Origin: an uncultured cyanobacterium
Lineage (GTDB): Bacteria > Cyanobacteriota > Cyanobacteriia > Cyanobacteriales > Nostocaceae
DNA: 64,000 bases
Direction of reading: 5' to 3'
Assembly (NCBI GenBank): GCA_963740315.1
Contig: CAVUDP010000004.1
Span: forward strand, 96,001 to 160,000
The notes beneath the pieces are model-generated. The model saw nothing but the letters and a program-made list of their open reading frames with translations, was not told the origin of the DNA and made no database searches. Of the stretch, positions 56,916-64,000 are shown piece by piece (within the stretch, counting starts at the first letter, position 1; each line of letters begins with the position of its first letter). The translations under genes were made by a program, and so were the position numbers.

Positions 56916-57332
56916 TCAACAGGAATTATCTATACGTTGAGACTGGTATCTACCTTTTATATTCTGATTAAAATATCTACCTACAGCCTCGGATGCATAT
57001 AAATCCTCCCAGGTATCCTCATCTATATCCGAGAATTGATATACCGCACCGCTATTAAACTCTATTTGCAACACCTCATTTTCAGAATCGTATCCAATAG
57101 CACTTGCCATTGGTGATGCTACTGGTAACATGCCAAACGTTTCTTCCTCCTCTAGCAGCGGTGGAGGTTCAGCAATTAATTCATTTAAATCCTGCAATCC
57201 CTCATAAGCCTGTATTGGTGCTGGTATCTCCAAAAACTCTAACTCGTCTCCCCTGTCGAGCAATAACTGTAAATATCCATCAGAATGAGACACACCTAAT
57301 AAGTTACTTAAATCAACCTTGCTAAACTTCAT
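56916..57332 (-). CDS. KTSC-domain protein
   Basis: C-terminal PVASPMASAIGYDSENEVLQIEFNSGAVYQF...ASEAVGRYFNQNIKGRY. Confidence 0.88.
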   Translation of the reverse strand: MKFSKVDLSNLLGVSHSDGYLQLLLDRGDELEFLEIPAPIQAYEGLQDLNELIAEPPPLLEEEETFGMLPVASPMASAIGYDSENEVLQIEFNSGAVYQFSDIDEDTWEDLYASEAVGRYFNQNIKGRYQSQRIDNSC

Positions 57333-57412
57333 AAATTCTGCTCTCCTATTAACAGAGGTAAGTGGAATCTCTCAATCCCAACCGCTAAATTTATATCTAA
57401 AACCGAACTCTT

Positions 57413-57426
57413 AGTACATTAGTACC
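57413..57426. promoter_or_regulatory. Cyanobacterial LexA (SOS) box upstream of the KTSC gene
   Basis: AGTACATTAGTACC fits RGTACNNNDGTWCB and overlaps the -10 region of a minus-strand TTGACT promoter. Confidence 0.65.
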
Positions 57427-57600
57427 ATATAATTATTTTGAAGTCAACAGCGATCGGTTAAGAATTGGGGATAGGGCGTTGGGGATGATAAATAGTTAGG
57501 AATTTAACTACTATTTTCTAGAAGATTACCGATTAAAAAACCTTACTAGACGCAGAGAGCGCAGAGGAAAGATGTAAAGAGAGATAGGTAATTATAGAGC

Positions 57601-57837
57601 GGGTTTAGATTGATTTGGGTAGGGTTGGGGTTTTAATTGATTTGGGTAGGGCTGGGGTTTCGTTAATTTAGGTAGGGTTGGGGTTTAGATTGATTTGGGT
57701 AGGGTTGGGATTTTGATTAATTTGGGTAGGGTTGGGATTTTGATTAATTTGGGTAGGGTTGGGATTTTGATTAATTTGGGTAGGGTTGGGATTTAGATTG
57801 ATTTGGGTAGGGTTGGGATTTTGATTGATTTGGGTAG
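57601..57837 (+). repeat. 27-bp G-rich tandem repeat (TTTGGGTAGGGTTGGGATTTTGATTAA) x about 8.5
   Basis: Units at 57614, 57641, 57667, 57694, 57721, 57748, 57775 and 57802; no unique spacers. Confidence 0.95.
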
Positions 57838-57874
57838 TGGGAGCATCTTGCTCCCACTACAGATGGTTTTATAA

Positions 57875-58044
57875 CTCCTTGTCTCCTTGTCTTCTCTCCC
57901 CATCACCCCATCTCCCCATCACCCCATCTCCCCATCACCCCATCACCCCATCTCCCCATCACCCCATCTCCCCATCTCCCCATCACCCCATCCCCCCATC
58001 ACCCCATCACCCCATCCCCCCATCACCCCATCACCCCATCACCC
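57875..58044 (-). repeat. STRR octamer tract (CCCCATCA/CCCCATCT)n plus (TCCTTGTC)n
   Basis: Tandem octamers at the 3' end of the DUF925 gene. Confidence 0.95.
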
Positions 58045-58581
58045 TCACACCGATCGCAAGCACGGACATTTCTGCAAATACCCATCTGCCTTACGTTGTG
58101 CGTCTGGATTATCTACATTTGCTGGAGTTGCACGAACAATACCATTAAATAAATCATCTAATCCATAAGGTGTAAAAAATTCCCATTCTCCTCGATCGCT
58201 TAAACGCACGCCTATCGCTGCTGTGGTGTGCAGCCAGTTTTTGATCCCGTCTTCGGTGCTAGTGTAAGTTTTACTACCGGAGCGCCATCGAGCAAAGCTA
58301 GCTTGATTTTTTATATCAAATAGATAATCTGGAAATATATTATTTAAAGCTGTTTTCGCGGCTAATTCTTGATTGCGATCGCCAGTTTCGTCAAAAAAAG
58401 CAATATCGAAGTCATTGATAAACAGTTGGCAGTTTTCGCCAAAAATCGCACGCCAAACTGTATTTCGCAAAGCACCCCCAGCTAACCACCAATCGGGAAG
58501 GTTGAGTTGAGATATAGCTGGTAATACAGCACCAACTGTGGAATTACTCAGAATATTTTGTAGGCGATCGATACCGTTCAT
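58045..58581 (-). CDS. Nucleotidyltransferase-family protein (DUF925 / NTP_transf_6)
   Basis: LNLPDWWLAGGALRNTVW, DFDIAFFD, DIKNQA, AIGVRL, PYGLDDLFNGIVR. Confidence 0.88.
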   Translation of the reverse strand: MNGIDRLQNILSNSTVGAVLPAISQLNLPDWWLAGGALRNTVWRAIFGENCQLFINDFDIAFFDETGDRNQELAAKTALNNIFPDYLFDIKNQASFARWRSGSKTYTSTEDGIKNWLHTTAAIGVRLSDRGEWEFFTPYGLDDLFNGIVRATPANVDNPDAQRKADGYLQKCPCLRSV

Positions 58582-58710
58582 TATAAGTATAAATCTGATT
58601 CGTATTTAATTGTCAGAGTATATCAGTTATGTGACTAACAGCAAAAGCAAAAGACGTTGCAGTGTGCACGCCGTCTCTACATTTATTGTTTATATAAAAT
58701 AAATAGTTTA

Positions 58711-59046
58711 CTAAACTAAACGAAAGATGAATGGATAGCGGTAGGGTTCGTCTGGTGAGTCTAAAACTTTTACAAGGGCAATAATTGGCATCACAATACT
58801 GATTAAAACTAAAATTGGTAAAATTATAAAACCGATCAGAACTACAGTCAGCATTGTGGCGACTAATCCATAGATGAAAAGGTTAATGCAAAAATTTATG
58901 GATTCTCTAGCATTAGCCTTTACAATTGAATCTTCTGTGGTAAATAAAATTACAAGCGGTATGGCAATAGATACAATCATAGAGCTAAAAAATATCGATC
59001 CATGACACAGCGCTGACAATAGTTTACGTTGTTCTATATTTTCCAT
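58711..59046 (-). CDS. DUF4870-domain membrane protein
   Basis: LSALCH, VKANARESINF, PYRYPFIFR. Confidence 0.85.
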   Translation of the reverse strand: MENIEQRKLLSALCHGSIFFSSMIVSIAIPLVILFTTEDSIVKANARESINFCINLFIYGLVATMLTVVLIGFIILPILVLISIVMPIIALVKVLDSPDEPYRYPFIFRLV

Positions 59047-59418
59047 ATGACAAGTTCTTACTAAAATTACTATATACTTCTACAATAATAATCCTACTAA
59101 TTTCGGATGTCATTTAAGTTAAAAATATTGCTTTAGCTGTATAAATTTTGTTTAAGAGCTACATATAATTACGGTAGTAAAATTTAATTTATTTGATTAA
59201 TAATTCAAGCTTTGAATTTATTAGTTTTTTATTTTAAATGAATTAAGAGTTGAAGTTAAAAGTTACAAGTTTAAACATCAAAGACTCTCATAATTGATTC
59301 AGAAAATATTGTTCCTCATTCAATCGCAAAATATTTTATTATCGCGGAAACAAGTAAACTTAATATTCCTAACTCTTAACTTCTAACTCTTAACTCTTAA
59401 CTTTTCTATTTTCTTGCC

Positions 59419-60714
59419 TTAAATTGCAGCAAAATGACTCGAATTAAGAGAAGTAGTATCGAATCCTTCTAAAGTAGCTAAAACTGTATTTCCAAATAAA
59501 ATATCGTTGCCAGAAAAAGATAAATCGCCGAATAAAAGATTATTGTAAGTAATAATTCGGTCGCTTTCTCCTAAGTTGAAGTCGGTAATTATATCTTTTG
59601 TCAAACTATTCCCATCAAGGTAAAAATAATCGGCACCCGTACCACCAGTTAAAGTGTCTGCACCCTCATCACCATTGAGAAAGTCATTTCCTTCACCACC
59701 TATTAGAATATCTTCATCTTTTCCTCCTAAAAGACCATCATTACCTATACTGCCGTATAATTGGTTTTTCCCGTCACCACCGTAGAGAAAATCATTACCC
59801 TCAAATCCGCGAATTATATCGTTTTTATCGGTGCCTTTCAAATTATCATTGCCGCTGGTACCATCAATATTATTAAAGACAGTTACGGCGACTAAACCAA
59901 CATCGATACCACCAAGGCGATCGCTCATTATATATTCAAAGCTAGCGTTACCGTTAAAGTCTTGATTGGGGGTAAAAATTATCGTATCGTCGTTGTTATC
60001 CGTGGTACCGTTGTCATTTAGAGTTACACTACCATCGATCGCGTTGTTAACAGCAGTAATAGTTATACCGTCTGAATATGTGTCGTTGACGAGTAAATTC
60101 GCGACGGGAATAGTAATAGCGGTATTTTCAGAAGTTGTAACGCTATCGTCAATTGCTACAGTAAAATTATTCGCGATCGGAGCGGTTTCAATTATCAACG
60201 TCGGCATACTTATAGAAGTTGGATCTACCAATACACCTCCAAATTCTAAAGCGCGTAATCCTATTCCGGCAAAAGATTCGCCATCCTTAACTAAGTTTTG
60301 CACAAAATCGGTAACATCAAAAGAAAGCTGTTGTCCCACGGATGGATCGGAAGTATCTTCGGTATCTAAAAGTACGCCAGCTTCCAAATCTGAAACATCG
60401 GCAATACCATTACCAGCATATCCAAACGCGCCAATGCGATCGGGATTATCGCCAAAAGGAGCGCCCAATCCGCCGACTTCTAAACCAGTAATTTTGACAT
60501 CGAATCTGGCACTGGTAATAGTTTCCCCTTCGGCAACCGAAAATTCACCGATATCAAATTCCGCAAATTCAGCCGCTTCGCCACTGCTACCAAGTATGAC
60601 GGTGAAAAAATTACCGGGAAAAACGCTATCCCCGATTCCATCAAATTCGCCATTCATACCACCGTCGATTACCTCGAAGGTTGTTTCCGGTTCAAATGAA
60701 ACACTACTTACCAT
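59419..60714 (-). CDS. Acidic secreted protein with an Ig/cadherin-like domain and RTX calcium-binding repeats (likely type I secretion substrate)
   Basis: AIDDSVTTSEN..LLVND..FTPNQDFNGNASFEY; GGxGxD nonapeptides; DIITDFNLGESDRI; no signal peptide. Confidence 0.85.
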   Translation of the reverse strand: MVSSVSFEPETTFEVIDGGMNGEFDGIGDSVFPGNFFTVILGSSGEAAEFAEFDIGEFSVAEGETITSARFDVKITGLEVGGLGAPFGDNPDRIGAFGYAGNGIADVSDLEAGVLLDTEDTSDPSVGQQLSFDVTDFVQNLVKDGESFAGIGLRALEFGGVLVDPTSISMPTLIIETAPIANNFTVAIDDSVTTSENTAITIPVANLLVNDTYSDGITITAVNNAIDGSVTLNDNGTTDNNDDTIIFTPNQDFNGNASFEYIMSDRLGGIDVGLVAVTVFNNIDGTSGNDNLKGTDKNDIIRGFEGNDFLYGGDGKNQLYGSIGNDGLLGGKDEDILIGGEGNDFLNGDEGADTLTGGTGADYFYLDGNSLTKDIITDFNLGESDRIITYNNLLFGDLSFSGNDILFGNTVLATLEGFDTTSLNSSHFAAI

Positions 60715-60852
60715 AAAACCCCAATAAAAAACCGAAAGTTTGTATAAAATTAAGCAGTTCTTATATTCAACTGCATGATTCTACCTCTAGTAGTATGAGA
60801 AAGAGTAGTTTATTTGTAAAGATGATTAATTAAATTATTCAAGAGATTACTA

Positions 60853-61548
60853 ATGAGTTTTATAAATAAATTTGATGTAATTCTCCTAGACGTAGGGCAT
60901 ACATTTATGTTTGGGGGTTATCGTTTCTTTAATACTGAAGATTTTGCAGCTACTTATCATAGTTTGGGCGGAATACTGACAGATGAATTAGTAAATCAGA
61001 TTATAATTTCAGTTTCTAGAAGAATCAAAGCTAACGGAAAAAATCCAGCATATTATGAATGTTTGCCTTCGGTGCTTAGTTATTTAGAGAAACTTCCACA
61101 AGTAAAATTATCAGCGAGCGAATTAAATTTCTTAGAGCAAGTTTTTGCAAAACATGAAGTTGGAGTGATATCTCAAAAGCATATAGAAGTTTTACATCAA
61201 TTACGAAAAACTCATCGTTTAGGTATTGTCTCAAATATCTGGTCTAAAAAAGAAATATTTTTAAATGAGTTTGATAAAGTTGGGATTCGCGATTTATTTG
61301 AGATAATTATCTTTTCCTCGGATTACGGTTGGATTAAACCTTCAACAAAGCTATTTAATAAAGCAATTGATTTTTTTGACGTAGAGCGTTCTAAAATAGT
61401 ATATATTGGCGACCATATCATGCGCGATGTTGGTGGAGCAAAAACAGCGGGATTATCAACTGTTTGGATAAATCGACGCGGTAGACAACTTAATCAAAGT
61501 ATGGCAATTCCCGATTTAATTATTAGAGATTTACAAGAATTAATCTAA
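60853..61548 (+). CDS. HAD-superfamily hydrolase
   Basis: ILLDVGHTF, GIVSN, KPSTKLF, YIGDHIMRDVGGA. Confidence 0.88.
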   Translation: MSFINKFDVILLDVGHTFMFGGYRFFNTEDFAATYHSLGGILTDELVNQIIISVSRRIKANGKNPAYYECLPSVLSYLEKLPQVKLSASELNFLEQVFAKHEVGVISQKHIEVLHQLRKTHRLGIVSNIWSKKEIFLNEFDKVGIRDLFEIIIFSSDYGWIKPSTKLFNKAIDFFDVERSKIVYIGDHIMRDVGGAKTAGLSTVWINRRGRQLNQSMAIPDLIIRDLQELI

Positions 61549-61635
61549 TATCTTAACTAAGACAGGGAGTAGGGAGTAGGGAGTAGGGAGTAGAAGAAGA
61601 AATTACATCAGTAAACTTAAACCGAAGAGAGTAAT

Positions 61636-62097
61636 ATGAAAGCTACATTTGGTGCGGGTTGTTTTTGGGGAGTAGAAGCTGCTTTTCGTAGATTAAAAGG
61701 GGTTGTTTCTACAACAGTTGGATATATGGGAGGACATTTTGAAAATCCCTGTTATCTTGATGTAGTTTCTAGAATTACGGGACACGCTGAAGTTACACAA
61801 GTTGAATACGATGCTTCTATTGTTAGTTACGATGAATTATTAGAAGTGTTTTGGAAAATCCACGATCCTACAAGTTTAAATCGGCAAGGACCCGATAGAG
61901 GAGAACAATATCGTTCTGTAATATTTTTTCATAATTCCGAGCAAGAAGTAATGGCGAGAAATTCAAAACAGAAATTACAGGATTCGGGGAAGTATGAAAG
62001 AGATGTTGTGACGGAGATTAAACCGGCTTCTGATTATTGGTTGGCAAGTGATGAGCATCAGCAGTATTTTGAGAAGAAGAATCGGGTTAAAGGTTAA
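61636..62097 (+). CDS. msrA: Peptide-methionine (S)-S-oxide reductase MsrA
   Basis: GAGCFWGVE, VGYMGG, TGHAE, HDPTSLNRQGPDRGEQYRS, HQQY. Confidence 0.95.
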   Translation: MKATFGAGCFWGVEAAFRRLKGVVSTTVGYMGGHFENPCYLDVVSRITGHAEVTQVEYDASIVSYDELLEVFWKIHDPTSLNRQGPDRGEQYRSVIFFHNSEQEVMARNSKQKLQDSGKYERDVVTEIKPASDYWLASDEHQQYFEKKNRVKG

Positions 62098-62119
62098 AGG
62101 TTAAAGGTATTATGAAATA

Positions 62120-62257
62120 GTAGGGTGTGTTATGGTGCGAAAAATAATTTTGATGGTGACGAATTAATTTGTTTTCGCGTCTAACGCACCGTTTTTAATA
62201 TTAGGTTTATGGGTTAAGTTTTACGGTGCGTTACGCTGCCGCGATAACACACCCTAC
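62120..62257. repeat. GTAG REP doublet (REPIN-like) GTAGGGTGTGTTA...TAACGCACC / GGTGCGTTA...TAACACACCCTAC
   Basis: Nested inverted repeats; a half copy lies at about 41717-41781. Confidence 0.85.
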
Positions 62258-62326
62258 AAAATAATTTAAATGATTGATTTAGAATATGATAAAAGCTTTA
62301 ATTAGCTGATTTACGTGGGAATTATT

Positions 62327-62647
62327 ATGACGACAGAAAAAAAATTAATTAAAACTCAGTTAGAAGATAGTTATGATAATGCAGAAGTATCAATAATACA
62401 ACTATTAGAAGAAATTCAAACAACGCCCAAAGAATATTGGTCTAATTTGCTGCAAATTATGCGGCTATTTCGTGAAAGCGTTACTAAAAACAGTCAATTA
62501 CCTGATACTTCCGAAGAAGAAAATCATCGACTTACACAACAGCATATTGCATTAAACGAATTAACACAGCAGTGGATAGAAGAAGGTGACGAACAAGAGC
62601 AAACTGAAACTTGGGAATATTTAAAGCAGAAACGGTACGGAAAATAG
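62327..62647 (+). CDS. Hypothetical antitoxin-like protein, possibly C-terminally truncated
   Basis: Acidic; LLEEIQTTPKEYWSNLLQIMRLFRESV...WIEEGDEQEQTETWEYLKQ; no partner ORF follows. Confidence 0.55.
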   Translation: MTTEKKLIKTQLEDSYDNAEVSIIQLLEEIQTTPKEYWSNLLQIMRLFRESVTKNSQLPDTSEEENHRLTQQHIALNELTQQWIEEGDEQEQTETWEYLKQKRYGK

Positions 62648-62688
62648 ATAATTGACTGTTGTATTTTGAGACGCGACGCTCCGGTTGA

Positions 62689-62752
62689 GAAGTCGGGTTT
62701 TTATAAAATTTGTAAGTGTATTACAGATACGTATTCTAAAAACCCGACTTCT
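62689..62752. repeat. Inverted repeat AGAAGTCGGGTTTTTA...TAAAAACCCGACTTCT
   Basis: About 16-bp arms between convergent genes. Confidence 0.75.
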
Positions 62753-62835
62753 GAGCATTAAAATTAGGGGTGCGCTATTTAAGCCGTGTGGTACTAGTCT
62801 ATAAAATCTTAATTAGGTAAACATAAATGATTGCT

Positions 62836-63096
62836 TTAATTTAAATCCGGTTCAATATTATGCTCTTTCATCCTTTGCAAAATACGTTGTTCCGCTGCTT
62901 CTAATTGTGCAATACCTTCTTTTGTTTGCTGTTTTCGCTTTCTTAAAATCTTTAAATCATGAACGAGGTATTTCCCCCTCAAATAATAATCACCCAATTC
63001 TAAAAATTCTTCATGTGTGACTTCTCTACCCGCAAATAAACTACTACCAGATTCATCTATCTTATTAACCCAAGCTTTTGCTTCTTCAGGAGTCAT
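62836..63096 (-). CDS. Hypothetical coiled-coil protein
   Basis: 86 aa, ATG start, plausible composition. Confidence 0.55.
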   Translation of the reverse strand: MTPEEAKAWVNKIDESGSSLFAGREVTHEEFLELGDYYLRGKYLVHDLKILRKRKQQTKEGIAQLEAAEQRILQRMKEHNIEPDLN

Positions 63097-63393
63097 CTTT
63101 TAAATGTCTTAATTAAATTTCGCAAGATATTTGAATTTGTCTTGTTGATAAATTTACAATAAATATTGATAAAATTTTCTAGAGATTTATTTAAATTTCT
63201 ACAATAGGTTTGGGAGCTTTTTGGTGAATTGATAATTTGCAGCATTCTCGTTAGTCCAATAACCCACCTTGAAATGAATTTCAAGGAACCGATTACAAAG
63301 TACGTTAAAACGCACTAAAAAATTCATTCAGTCGTCTTTAGACGACTTTGCTATGGGTTCCTGGGAATTTATTCCAAGGCGGTAAGATGTACT

Positions 63394-63500
63394 TACAGCA
63401 TATTTTATGTTTGTGAGATACATTCGGACGGGCAGGGATGCCCATCCCACAAGAGTTTTGTAATATGAAGCTGTACCTAATTTATTTGCAAAGTGCTGTA
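63394..63500 (-). mobile_element. 107-bp MITE, inverted sibling of 38494-38600
   Basis: TACAGCA...TGCTGTA ends, internal ACGGGCAGGGATGCCCATCCCACAAG. Confidence 0.85.
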
Positions 63501-63518
63501 GTAAAAGAAATTCATCCC

Positions 63519-63998
63519 CTACAATCTCGGATCTACTGCTTCACTTTCCAATGCCAAAACCCCAAATACACACTCATGCACCCGTCGTAACGGCGCATTT
63601 GCCACAAACCTTTCCAATCCTTCCACACCCAAAGCGAACTCTCGCATCGCCAAGGAACGTTTCAAAGATAACCCCCGCTTACGCAGACACTCCAAATTTT
63701 CCTCGGTTGTATATTCCGCACCGTAGATAATCCGCAGATATTCTTTACCGCGACATTTCACTGCTGGTTGCAAAATTCCGCGTTTACCTTTAACAATAAA
63801 TTCCAGCGGTTTGACAACCATCCCCTCACCACCTTTGCTTGTCATTTCCTCCCACCAATGGGTTCCTTCTGCTTCGCTGCTGGAGTCGTTTAAATCTATA
63901 ATTTTATAATTAGTTGCCATTAATAATTCGGGATTGGCTTTTTCTAAAATCGCAGCTTGTTCCATATGCCAGGAATGATTTTTATCGATATGTACCGC
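63519..63998 (-). CDS. pnkp: Polynucleotide kinase-phosphatase Pnkp, C-terminal RNA-ligase module (5'-truncated by window edge)
   Basis: GGEGMVVKP, QPAVKCRGKEYLRIIYG, KRSLAMREFALGVEGLERF, HECVFGVLALESEAVDPRL; frame is open to the window edge. Confidence 0.9.
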   Translation of the reverse strand, partial: AVHIDKNHSWHMEQAAILEKANPELLMATNYKIIDLNDSSSEAEGTHWWEEMTSKGGEGMVVKPLEFIVKGKRGILQPAVKCRGKEYLRIIYGAEYTTEENLECLRKRGLSLKRSLAMREFALGVEGLERFVANAPLRRVHECVFGVLALESEAVDPRL

Positions 63999-64000
63999 GC

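Noticed and set aside
57601..57837. CRISPR array or telomere-like repeat
   Set aside because: Contiguous 27-bp units with no spacers at an internal chromosomal position; kept only as a minisatellite.
57825..58168. Pro/His-rich ORFs (PHHPIT)n
   Set aside because: Translations of the CCCCATCA repeat, partly antisense to the DUF925 gene.
59966..60727. 253-aa plus-strand ORF
   Set aside because: Antisense shadow of the RTX/cadherin gene.
1..64000. Frequent GCGATCGC octamers as a novel motif
   Set aside because: This is the well-known cyanobacterial HIP1 sequence.

Overview
64 kb of AT-rich chromosome from a filamentous, probably heterocystous (Nostocales-like) cyanobacterium. The assignment rests on frequent HIP1 octamers (GCGATCGC), heptamer/octamer STRR tracts, many REP/MITE-like dispersed repeats and gene content. 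From left to right: (1) a DUF2157/GDYXXLXY pair, a PEP-CTERM protein, crtW, sppA, fni and a flavodoxin; (2) a 12.5 kb divergent locus (8.8-21.4 kb) encoding DUF928, a CHAT-CHASE2 membrane protein, a secreted jacalin lectin, a sigma-70-like factor, DUF1822, a filamentous-haemagglutinin (FHA)-like exoprotein and a signal-peptide TPR-CHAT protease; (3) a 10-gene Wzx/Wzy-type exopolysaccharide cluster with a possibly structured leader; (4) a DUF1517 gene and a Ser/Thr kinase-FGE gene; (5) a complete TonB-ExbBD-AraC-TBDT-FhuCDB siderophore uptake island; (6) a second TPR-CHAT gene and an SDR with a Tat-like signal; (7) an accessory stretch with one intact and several decayed toxin-antitoxin modules, a KTSC gene with a LexA box, a 27-bp G-rich tandem array, DUF925, DUF4870, RTX, HAD and msrA genes, and the 3' end of an RNA-repair Pnkp. 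Locus (2) is the best candidate for an undescribed system: a trans-envelope, caspase-like proteolytic cascade controlling a sigma factor. No rRNA, tRNA, CRISPR array or intact transposase was recognised. All family calls come from motif recognition by eye, not from database searches.
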